From: Callorhinchus milii
Lineage: Eukaryota
Direction: 5' to 3'
Length of the DNA stretch: 60,000 nucleotides
Assembly: GCF_018977255.1 (NCBI RefSeq)
Contig: NW_024704743.1
Span: 8,062,001-8,122,000 of the forward strand
Each line of letters starts with the position of its first letter. Positions within the stretch are counted from its first letter, which is position 1. The notes beneath the pieces were generated by a model. It did not search any database. It saw nothing but the letters and a program-made list of their open reading frames with translations, and was not told where the DNA came from. A program made the translations under genes and the position numbers. Below are positions 1 to 11,030 of this stretch, piece by piece.

Positions 1-287
1 AGGGAGGGAGGGAGGGAGAGAGAGAGAGCCAGAGAGAGAGGAGCCATGTAAACATGTTTACCTGAAAAATGGGGCTGCGACGTTAAGCTGGGATTGAGGG
101 GGGTGGCGGGGGGGGAAGCAAACACCTGGATCTTTTATTATTTTCTAAAAAGGAAAACGATGCGTTAGTGAAAAGGGGACTTTTTTTAAAAAAAAAGAAA
201 ACCAAACACTCTTTCCATTCAGCAGGGAAACCGATTCCTGATTGTCGAGCCGAGCTGACAAGCTGCAGCAAATGGCAACTTGTGCAG
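1..287 (+). other. Candidate first exon (5' UTR, possibly carrying ATG at 272); start may lie upstream of the window
   Basis: Ends in CAG|GTAGAA at 287/288. ATG GCA ACT TGT GCA G at 272-287. Upstream mini-ORFs at 46, 54, 69 and 160. Confidence 0.5.
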
Positions 288-644
288 GTAGAAATGGTGT
301 TAGTTTCAGCCCCTCCGTCTGCTTCATTCTCATGGGAGAGATTTATTTACCATGGTTGCAGTCAGGTTATTTTCCTTTGTGTTTTAGACGAGTGTTTTTT
401 GTTTGAACCCACCTTGAGATTTTTTTTCGAGGGGGGGGAGGAATTATGAATAGAGCATCGGAAATGGTCGAAATCTATCGAGGTAGTTGATACTTGCAGC
501 CTTTTTTTTTGTATTTTTATTGGGATGTGCAGTGTTTTTTCCCGTCTTGCCGATGGCTATCTAACGCGTGTGGTTTCCTCTGTGTGTGTCTGTGTGTGTG
601 GGGAGGGGGTGAGTCCTTTAATATCTGATGAGATTGCCGCCTGG

Positions 645-674
645 GAGGGAGGGAGGGAGGGAGGGCGCTCCTGC

Positions 675-705
<31 letters not shown>

Positions 706-766
706 AGGCAGAGAATGACTGTGTTTTGGGTGGTGGTGGTGTTTTTTTAGCAGGACGTGCGCACAG
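645..766 (+). other. Candidate alternative first exon
   Basis: Second GGGA/GA tract like that at 1-43, followed by donor CAG|GTAATA at 766/767. Confidence 0.3.
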
Positions 767-1033
767 GTAATATACGTGGTGGGCGCAATAAGCAATTTTA
801 TCGAAAGTGCTGAGTTGTGTCCGTTTCTGTCAGTCTGAGGAGGAAAAACAAACCTGGTCATAACCGATTGTGGCACATAGTGTACAGCGAAGAGCTCTGG
901 ATCGCTAATCCTATTGGGGCAGTCATAAATCTTTAATATTTTTTTCAGAGAGTGCGTTATGCTCTGTCTGCCCACTAGGGCCGCCCTCGGTATCTCCAGA
1001 TTAAAACGTTTACTTCATTTATTTTTCCTTTAG

Positions 1034-1066
1034 GTACAAATGTTAGAAATGGGTTACTGTTCACAG
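1034..1066 (+). other. Candidate 33-nt microexon
   Basis: Acceptor TTACTTCATTTATTTTTCCTTTAG| and donor CAG|GTAAAC; length divisible by 3. Confidence 0.4.
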
Positions 1067-3365
1067 GTAAACGCAGATAAACAAAGTATGATTTATTTTT
1101 GACGTGCGCGCCATGTCCAACTTTTGCCGATGTATGTATTTACCCGAGTGTTAAATTCTCTATCTTTAGTTTTCAAACGTGTTTCGGTTATACCGAGCAA
1201 TAAATTACACAGATTATTTTTTCATCAGTAGGGCTTCGTTCCATTGAAATTGAGGGTACGTGGTTAGGGACTTACCCTGACTGTTTCCTATTTTGAAGCG
1301 TGCTTTGCTTTACTGAAACCAACAGGATGAGTGTTTTTTCATATCTTACTGATGTGCTGAGATATTGTGTGTGAATACACCTATTTTGCTCATTTTGATT
1401 GGGAGTTAAATAATGAGTTTGAGCCTGAAAATAAGCAAGTTTCACTAACTATTTGAATCAATTTACTGTACTTGTTTTAGTCAATCAAATAGATATCTAT
1501 CTAATCGTATGAAGTAAAATGGAGAGGGTTACCTGTTGTATAAAATTGGCTTGCGTATTCAGATTTTAATTATCATACTTTGATGAACGACACAAGATGT
1601 TTTAGGGGGATTTAGGAACAATTAAGAACATAAATTATCTCTTTTGGAATACAGCTTTAAAAAGTGTTTGAGCATTTTGTGCTCCAAGTGAAGGTTGTGA
1701 ATTCTGGGAACATGGTTTAGTTTTACATTTGGCACCAAGCTCTGTCTGCCCTGCCCAAACATTGTCAGCCTTCGAATATAATAATAATCCTTGTATTTGA
1801 ATACCACTTTCCACTTAGTGTTAACGTCTTCTTCCCACACCAGTCTGAGTGACATTGTCTATTTATGCTGAATTATTGACAATTTGGAGTTGTGAACTTT
1901 TGTTCACCACTGGACTGAGATTGCCTGTGAGTTCAGGCAGAAAAGATACTTAACATATCAGTTTTTACTGTTTTGAAGCTTCTGTCCAAGCAGTAGAAGA
2001 ACACTAGTAACTAAGAACCTTCCAGTCACTCTGCTTCTGAATACATTTTTGCAACAATGGATGAATATATATTTACAATCTTTCTTTTGTATTGCTAACG
2101 TTTGTTCATGTTGTACTGAGTAACGTTGCCTTGTGAATTTCAGGCACATACCTTTTATAGCCAAGATCTGTGCAGCTAAAAAGGAAGATTTGTATATTTT
2201 AAAAACATAAATACAAATTTAGTTGTAGCTAAACAGCTTTGCATACATTCAAAACTAAAAACAAGATATCTTTCTCAAAGCTTGTTCCTTCTAGGAAAAT
2301 TCCTTTTTACCCAAACTCAGCAGGAAACAAGCATCTGAGGTACCGTTAGGTGACCTTTGACCCAGAGACTCTGAATGCCTTAGGTATGATTTCACTTTCA
2401 CTACATTCTTTGTCAACCTGAATGCTTGTCAAATCAGATGTGTGTTTAGACCTTTTCAGTGAATGTGCCTGGAGGGAGGAACAAAGCACTAGGTCATCTT
2501 GAGCATAATCTTGGTGTTTATTTTCTGTTGTTCTGGTGGTTGGGGGAGGGGGGTTTCCTCACCATTTCTTAAGAGGTATTGAGGCATCCAGTGTTTAGCT
2601 GCTTACTTCTCTTTAGATTTTCACAGCATTCTTGGTCATTCTTCCTATGATGCAATTGACAGATGACTGGCTGGATGATGCAAACTAGCAATTGTACTTG
2701 AAACTGCATTATGAAGATAGGGAAAATGATTAATTAATTGTGGTTGAAAATGTTCAAGGATCAAACCGACTTATTTCTATTTTGTCAGTTTGATTTATGG
2801 ACAAAGGGCAGGCATTTGATTTATGTTGAAAACAAAGTTTGTTTACCTTTTGTATAAGTTCATATAATCATTAATATTTTAATGATACAAATAGTGCTGT
2901 TTCTAAATGTGTCTGAAAATCAGTAGCGTGGCTAGCTTGAAATATAATAAAACAAACATGATTTATTACTGAAGTGAGTTTCCAGGAGTAAAGTTATTAA
3001 TTCTCAAATTATTATTCAAGCCCTTATTTTCTGTAAAGGTTTGGGGAAAATGCACATTTTTTTTCAGTGTTATAGAATCTAACGCGGCGGTTAGTGATAT
3101 GTTGGGCCTATTGAAAGCATAGTTTATGGTGCAGAAAAATGACCAGTGGAAAAGGTATGCAACTAGCCCAAGTACTTAATTAAAATGGTGCATGGGAACC
3201 CGTGCTATGAAGCAGCAGTGCTTCACAGCTGCCACAGTTTTGTTTAGACTCTGGAAGGATTTGGGGTAAAGTGTATGTATGGGGGGAGGTTCAGATGTAT
3301 GGGGAGGAATCTGTGGCATGACTTGTTACAAACAAAACACAATTACTTTAGCCTCTACATGTGCA

Positions 3366-3633
3366 GTAACCCAGCAGTAAGTAGGAACCCGGTTGTTATT
3401 TGATTGGCAGATCACTTTTCCGGGGCTAATAATTCCTTAAAAAATAATAAATTGGTCACTCAATCCATGATTGTTGTGGGACACTGCTGTGCGCAATTGG
3501 CTGCTGCTATCGCCCACAAAATATACAGTGAATTCACTTTACAGTATATTCTGCAGTGCTTTGAGACATCTTGAAGATGTGATAAGCCGCTATATCAAAA
3601 TGCAAAGATTATTATCAGAATGCAAGGATTATT
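3366..3633 (+). mobile_element. tRNA-derived SINE family B, 5'-truncated copy
   Basis: Contains CAGTAAGTAGGAACCCGG, the GCTGTGCGCAATTGGCTGC Deu-like block and the AAATGCAAGGATTATTA tail shared with more than 10 other copies in the window. Confidence 0.85.
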
Positions 3634-5664
3634 ACTTGTGAAGTTTTAACTGGACTGCTACAGTTATGGTAGAAACGCATGAGTGTATTGTGACATTTCT
3701 GTGAAGAGAACAGATGGCTTGGCTTTGTATTCTTGCATGGATGTAATGCAATGTGATATAAATTTGTGAAAGATCCCACATTTTTTCTGCCGAAACCTTA
3801 TTGTGTTCCTGTTATGCTTTCTGGCCGTGTCAGTCTAAATTTGTGTTTTTTTTAATCCTTGTGTAGAAAAGGCAAAGTCACCTTTTGCGATTTGTTCACT
3901 ATATCATGCACTTTCAGCCTTAAAAGAAAAGGCCCATTCACTGGTTCTGTATAGGGAGGGAATAGGCTTTTCACATTGGGTTTTTGGGGAAAATTCTTCA
4001 AATCTGTGAACTGTTGAAGGAACAAGATTAGTATTGTAGTTGTGTCTGGTCGGTGACGAAAGTATTGACATGTATTTTTTTTNAAAAAGCAGAGCATTTT
4101 GAAGCGTTCTGAGACACTACCCTACATGAAGGGGGCTATAAAAATGCAAGTTATTGTTGCATCAAGTAAAATCAAAGTGGAATTTGGCATTTATCAGGTA
4201 GAATGAATATAAATATTTTTATGAAAGGATTATAAATATATATTTTAAAATGATAAAATAAATTTAAAACAAATCTTGCTTTCTGCACTATAGCTAGATA
4301 ATTTGTGCAACCTATTCATACCTTGTGTTACAAGCCTGACAAAAAACACTTCGCAAGTCTTTCAGTGCTTCAAAATGTACCAATTTAAAATATTTAGTCA
4401 TAATATTAGTCATTGTATCCATTATTAATCTGATTGCACACCAAAGATATTTTTCTCAAATGCCAAAGGGTGGGGCAGTGATATGAAAGTTGAGTCTGTT
4501 TTTGAAGCTTTTAAATACGTTGAATGGGCTTTAATAGATTTTAATCTTGACACATGTGACCTGTTGGAGATCCTAATATTGCTACTTTGCATTGGTTCTA
4601 ACTTCATCTGGGGGTGATATATTATATGTAGAGTGAATACTTGTATGTTCTGTTTTATATATCGGCAGGCAAGCCACTGTCATCTTCTGCCTTCCAATTT
4701 TGTGCTGGTCTCTGTAATTACTTTTGATGAGATTATGTTTTGGAGATTATGCCTGATTATGCCTTCCCTCCCCTCCCTCTCAAATGAGTTGAAATACTTA
4801 CCTCAGCATAAAATAACATCTGCCTTACCAATGAGTAAGCTTTGGTGGGTGAGAGTGTGCAGTATCTAATTGGCTGTAGTAAGTTCCATGTATAGTAGTC
4901 CAATATCCACATTAAGTACAGTTCCCATTGTGGATATGGAAACCTTTCGTGTGCTTGTCAGGCCACAGTGCAAAATACAATATACAGATTCTTAACCATC
5001 TTTAATTTAAATCTCTCCATCTCTTCCCCCACACTGGCCACTTCTTTTGCTTCACAACACCTCCCATAGTGCCAGCCTCATTCCCTCCACCCAAATTGCT
5101 GGCGCCTTCTCTTGTGCAAAACCACCCCAATCTCTCTCTCTTTCTATCCCCCTGCAGCGTTGACCCTGTCCCTGTTGCTCTATCTCTCTCAACCCCTCAC
5201 AGTGTTCATGTCTTCTCTCTCCATCATCACCCTGCGCACTGTGCCTGCCTCTACTTTCTCTTAAACCTTGTACTAGATCTTTACTCAAAAATTCATACAC
5301 GTGTATGAAAATATACATTGTATACACTCTAAATATCTTAAATTTGCAATGCTCCTTTTTAATGTCTTTTCAAAATAATTGCATTTTGATTAATCAAGCT
5401 GCAGCAACACCCAAAATGCAGAGAAAATAGTTTGTTTAGGTCTATCTGACTCACTTAAAAAGAAATTAGTGCGCTGCTTAAATGCATGTCGTAATGTATG
5501 TGCAATTGAAGATTCTTGGTTGCAAAATCACTGTGATTGTTCTGACATTTTGTGATGACGTTGCAGTTGAGCAGCCATGCAGTAAGCTGCGGTACTGATA
5601 TGGGAGTTTACCTATGAATGTCCAGCCAGTAGCATCCATTCAAATTATTTAGGGTTGAGGACAT

Positions 5665-5840
5665 ATTTACTGATGAGCTAGGTAGAGTGGTGGGTCATCA
5701 ACAATACTTGGATTACTTCTGGATCTGCCTGGATTTTCTGGGTATGTCTCTTTAACCAGTTCAACCCCAAGGAGACTTGCTTACTTTCTATCTACCCCAC
5801 AGCCATAGTCTGACTTGATCCGATCCACACTTGTACTTTC
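5665..5840 (+). repeat. Fragment of old unclassified repeat family X
   Basis: ACTGATGAGCTAGG...CAACAATACTTGGATTACT and CCAGTTCAACCCCAAGGAGAC align with the copies at 10853-10900, 27084-27100 and the reverse complement of 18855-18880. Confidence 0.55.
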
Positions 5841-8327
5841 CAGCTTGGACCACTGGATAATCATTGTGGTACAAAAATACATGAATAGGTTTGAGGCCCT
5901 TCCTATTTTTTTCTTAGTGATACATTGAGTTAATTACAATATACCCAAAGTAGGTTCCAGATTACTAGTTGTTGGATCTTTCTATTTGCCAAAAAGATGA
6001 TTAGAAAATTTGGAACAATGCATTTCTATCAGTAGTCTAATAGAGCAAAATAGTAGTTTAAACCTTTGGAAGAAGTTCAAAGGAACACAACGTGAAGAGA
6101 AAACAATGAAAATAAATCATAATCCTTCATGCATTAACCCATAATAAAAGGTGAACCAAAGGCAATAAAGAGATTGGATTGTCCCCAAAAATTTGGACAG
6201 GAACATTCCGAGACCTTATATCAAACAACAAAAATATGCGTGATATATTCAGATCGAGGTGAGAGTAGCTTAAATTTATCATGTGTGTTGGAACTAATCA
6301 ACATACCGTGTAAGTTCTTTTATAAATTAATTAAAAGACCTGACCTGTCATCTAACCTCTAAGCCTCTTTCAGCTGTACTGGCCATATTAGCTGTTGCAA
6401 TACTTCAGAATGGCAACTAGGTTTAAGTGATCCTTTTTGCTCTTGCTGTTCTTCAGTTGGTCTTGCTGTGGTTGACATTTATTTGGTGTTATGAATTTAA
6501 GTCTGGTCTTTTAGCCTTCCTTTTAACCCTAATCCTAAAAGCTAGCAAAAGAATTGTAACAGTCGCTTAATGTTAAGATTCTTTTTGGCATGTTGAAAGT
6601 TGGATTGATCATAATATTTTCTTCTTGAGATAAACATTGAAACAAAACCAGATCCAAGTTGGGCAGTTTGCGGGTTAACTTTCTATATTTGGTCATCGGA
6701 TTTTAATTCTTGTGCATGTCTTCCCGATGTGAAAGGTATTATAAATTAAATTTGTTGATGTTTGTTATTGTGTGTTTACCTAAGTGAATAGCTAATTAAA
6801 GTCATAACATTAAAGGTGTGTGTGTTTTGCGTGAGTGTCGTGTTCCGTTTTGCTTTGGAGGGTGGGAAGCCTTGTGCCAATTAAATTTATGTACTGTGGA
6901 TGGAAGATATTGATTCTTACGCATGCTCCTTTAGTGAAATTGCTTTACAATCTGTACTACAGATAAGATAGCAAATTTGTCCAATAAGCCATCAAGGGAA
7001 CATGAACATTCCTTTTATAAAAGTTCTGATGATATTTGAGAGGATAATGTGAAAGATTTTGTTCACTGCATACGAACTTAAGTCATTTGATTTGTGTACT
7101 ACAATTCTGAATTTAAGATTTGGATTCTGCTTCAAAGGCCCTGAAGTTTGGATTTACTAGTCTGAATTAATCCAAACTATTCATCCTTGCATCTTTTCCA
7201 ACTTAACCTCAGTTAAGTGAGTCATTCCATTGTTCAATCATGCAACTTTTATTTTCAGTTCTTGTATCGTTATAATACACCATTAGTTAAATCTAATATG
7301 ACTTCATATAATTTGAAGGCATCTATTGTCCTCAATTAATGGTCGGAAAATGTATCCTGTAATTGAACTTTCATAGCTAAAAAAAGCTGCACCTAAATTG
7401 ATTGTTGTTTGTATTATGTTTTAATTTCCTGTGGTCTTTGGATACATTTATTTTGTCACTTGACAATCATTTAGTTATATTTAAGAAACCAAATTTCAAG
7501 GATTTCATGTATCTTGTTTTATTATAAGAAAACAAGAAAAAGTAATATACATCTTGAATTTCATTGTCATATATTTGTTTTTCACTGATCTGTACACACA
7601 ATAAAGCTGTCTTCTTATTTTTGTTGTGATATTTGATCTAATTACAGGGTTAAATGTTTAGCTGAATTTTATTTGAATGTATAAACAATATGTTCATAAA
7701 TAGTTGCAGAGTGCAATACTGAAACATCTTGCAAAGCTTTTAACAATATTGAGAAAGCTAATAAGTGTTGATTTTCCACGTTGATAGAATTTAATTTATT
7801 TTATTTGTTTGTTACAATAGGAGAGCAGGAGGGAGACTGTGGCAACTCAATTTTTGAGTCAAATCTAAGAAAACTCCTAGGATATTGGTCTTGAAAATAT
7901 GAGTTGCAAATCAGTTTTCATTTTGCTTGTAGAAACTTCTGGTTTATTTGTGGAATTTGATACTGAATGTGCTTAAAAATTACGATCTTAAAGGCCCACA
8001 GACTTTTGTGACCAACCTTTTTCTCAGGCAAAAAATGTCCCACATACCAGTCATGATTGCAAACTGAAAGTCATTTGTGGCAGGAATACTACTGTTTGTA
8101 TGAATCTCAGCCAAGAAAAGGCCCAAAATGTATAGAAAAGATTAGAACGCAAATTGCCACCTGTAAAATTGCTTTTGATGACATTTAGGATTGTATAGTA
8201 GAGAGGCTTACTATCTGGGACTGGTCCCTTTATGGATAAGCAGATAGTGTGGATAATTGGACGTCACTCAAAATACAATTTGGCTGTAGTGGAAACTGAA
8301 ACAAAGTTTCATTAAATTGTCATTTTA

Positions 8328-8495
8328 GGTGTCAGCTTGGTTCACTTGATGGAACTTTTGCCTCTGAGTCAGAAGGCTGTAGATTCAAACCCCACTTAGG
8401 GACTTTGAACTCAAATAGTCTAGGCTGACTTCAATTCAGTGCTAGAGTGGGTTGCATTGTTGGAGGTGCCGTCCTTTGGATGAGACCTTAAATCA
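8328..8495 (+). mobile_element. SINE family C (DeuSINE, SacSINE1-like) 5' part
   Basis: tRNA-like head GGTGTCAGCTTGGTTCAC...GCCTCTGAGTCAGAAGG...TTCAAACCCC and Deu-like TTGGAGGTGCCGTCCTTTGGATGAGAC. Confidence 0.75.
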
Positions 8496-8559
8496 ACTTC
8501 AAGGACCTCACTCTTTGATTGCACCTATGCTCACCTCTGCCATCCTCCCCCCACAACCA

Positions 8560-8945
8560 CCACCCTCACATGAGGACCTGGATTAAACAAATGGTGCTGT
8601 ATAAACCTGGTACGCAGCATTGGACATGGATCTGAAGAACATAAAGGTGGCTGGCACGTTGCAAGCTGTCCTGTTAAGGTCCTCCCACGAGCTGAAAGTG
8701 GATGTCCATTAGATGCTGATGAGGAAACTGAGGCTTGGGGCGACAGCTGCTAGAAGGTGTTACCTGGGAGTCCTGGGAGAGTTTGTGAACCGGCATGCCT
8801 ACATCCAGTGCCTGGAATCCACCTTGATTGATTTGTAGGGAGGTTAAGCTGCTGGTTAAGTTCTTCACCTCCAACTGGTGGAACCATCGCTCAATGGGAA
8901 GGGATGTGTGCCTGAGTTGTGGACAGGACAGCTGTGGATGGGAGC
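8560..8945 (-). repeat. Fragment of repeat family X (distal part)
   Basis: GGAATCCACCTTGAT...CACCTCCAACTGGTGGAACCATCGCTCAATGGGAAGG matches the reverse complement of 27265-27350. The 8560-8810 part is unsupported by other copies. Confidence 0.55.
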
Positions 8946-10004
8946 AATGTTTACTGCATTTTCATTTTCAGCCCCATTGTGTTCTGAAACTAACGATTTA
9001 AAGGTTGAAAGTTTACATTGTATTTGGTGAAGTATAAGACAGTAACTATAATTTACCAGAACATGTTGTGAAAATAAATTGAAACTTGAACTTTTAATAA
9101 TTTATTCACTTAGGTGATTTATAAATTAGTTGAATGTGCTGATTTTTGAAGAAAAATTGCTTATAATGCAAAGGCTAAGAGGGAGGAAAAAAATCAATAT
9201 TTACTCTTGGTAAAGTGTTCATTTGCTTTCTTTTATGTATGGATTCCTTTATAAATGGCCTATCCAAATCACCGTAATTCAACAATGTCACCGAATGGGG
9301 TGAAAACAGCAACACAGTTGTGTGATGATGTCACACCAGAGATGCACTGCTGACAACTGGTGCTCACAAGAGTTGCTTTTAACGCTTTTGTTTACTTTGA
9401 TTTGAAACTTGCTAAACAATTAAGAATTCATTTTGACTGGTGCTGGTCAGGTAGGAGTTGAGTTGTCACTATTGGGTAGTGCTTTGCATCTAGCTTGAGA
9501 AGTTAACTCTCTCTGGCCCAACAACATTCCTTAATCTTAGGTTAAGGCATGTTAAGGCAGCCTTGGATCTTTTCATTTCTTATAGCAGCCATCTATTGGG
9601 AGACTGATAAATTAGTTTGTGCTCCATTCTTGCTACATTTTTGAAGGAATGTACTCTGTATAGACTGGCCAATAACACCAATTAGGATTTAGCTTGCACT
9701 TAAGACAGATTGTATGAACAATGCATATTATTAAAAATTGAGGCTGTTTAGGTAAACCAGAGCAAGAATTAGATACTCTGAAATACAATTATTTTCCAAA
9801 CTTATGCTATGTATGGGCAGAAATTTAAATCTAATGAACTTTGGGAGTCATCTTTCTTGAATTGGAATCAAATTCAGATTGTAGAGGTGATAAATGCTCA
9901 GCTCTCCTGCACACCATAGTTTTGCTTTTCTTTTAATGGGTGGGGGCAGGAGAGAGAGAGACTATTTGCTTCAAGTTTTTCTTTTGATCAACCGGGTTTC
10001 TGGA

Positions 10005-10552
10005 AACAACAACAACTTGGATTTATATAGCGCCCTCCACACCGAATGGCGCCTCAGAGCGCTTTACAGTAACGGATCCCGGGACCGAGCCAGGGGGAGG
10101 GGAAGGAAGGTGACCAAAGGCGCGGTCGAAAAGAAAGTTCTTCAGCAGAGACCTGAAAATATGAAGGGAGGGAGTGAGACGAAGGGAGTGAGGAGGGCAG
10201 TTCCAGAGCCTCGGGCCATAGTAGCTGAAGGCACAGCCGCCGAGGGTGGAGTGGAGGACGAGGAGGAGGCCAGACCCGGAGGAACGGAGGCAACGGGTAC
10301 TGTTTTGAGGAGAGAGGAGGTCAGAGAGGTAGGGAGGTGTAGAGGAGTGCAGGGACTTGAATACAAGGGTGAGGATCTTGAAATCGATCCTCTCTGGGAT
10401 AGGCAGCCGGTGTAGTCTGGCAAGGACGGGTGATCAGGGAGCGGAGTTTCGTGCGGGTGAGAATGCGGGCGGCAGAGTTTTGAATGATTTGGATTTTATG
10501 GATGGTGGTGGATGGGAGACCAGTGAGGAGAGCGTTAGAGTAGTGAGGAGTA
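10005..10552 (-). mobile_element. L2-clade LINE, 5'-truncated 3' end
   Basis: Minus-strand ORF2 C-terminal peptide [24 protein letters not shown], 3' stem-loop and (TTG)n tail. Confidence 0.9.
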
Positions 10553-11030
10553 GGAAACCCATTGTCATCCTTAAAGAGTATCCATATCAGACTGAGCATT
10601 CCACATATGCCACTTGCACATAGAAACTTCCCTTTGTCTAGGTCTCACCCTGCTTATCTATTTCCAGAAAATAACGAAACTTAGAACCCAAGAGTTGGAG
10701 TACTGCTGGAGCAAAAAACACATAGCTTGTTATTGCAAGCACTGCCTGACAACCTTCTCGCTGCTTGTCCATTATGGGGCTTTCATTTCAAGAGCAGAAT
10801 GGAAATCATCCCTGCCTCCCCCACCCATTGACTGGTCTGCCCTCAAAGTCATGCTGATGAGCTAGGCTGGTCTGGTCTGTCTACAACAGTGCCTGGAGTA
10901 CTGTATTTCAACTGCTTGTGCCTCAGAATCGGGACTACCAAGACCACTACATAAGGTCAACCTGTTCAGATTTTCTATTGCTAGGCATGTCACCTTGGAA
11001 TCTGCTCAGCCCACTTACCCCACCGCAGGA
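10553..11030 (+). repeat. Fragment of repeat family X
   Basis: Collinear blocks with 26560-27100: GAAACCCATTGTCATCCTTAAAGAGTA, CCTGCTTATCTATTTCCAGAAA, GTACTGCTGGAG, TAGCTTGTTATTGCAAGCACTGCCTGACAA. Confidence 0.7.

Larger units (their letters stand above)
1..1300 (+). promoter_or_regulatory. CpG-enriched promoter / 5' end region of an unidentified gene, with GGGA/GA repeats
   Basis: CpG is visibly more frequent than in the non-repeat DNA downstream. (GGGA)n/(GA)n tracts at 1-43 and about 645-698. No transposons. Several good + strand splice donors. Confidence 0.6.

Noticed and set aside
272..287. MATCA as the N-terminus of a known protein (ABCF3 begins MATCAE)
   Set aside because: Five residues are not diagnostic and no matching downstream coding sequence was found in 60 kb; no gene symbol assigned.
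168..975. ORFs 168-449(+), 525-770(+) and 517-975(-) as protein-coding genes
   Set aside because: They run through microsatellites and splice donors, and the low-complexity translations show no recognisable domain.
4074..4088. Single N at 4083 between T and A runs
   Set aside because: Assembly ambiguity, not a biological feature.
9894..10415. 173-aa + strand ORF (likewise 18916-19473 and 19539-20060)
   Set aside because: Antisense shadow frames of GC-rich L2 copies.
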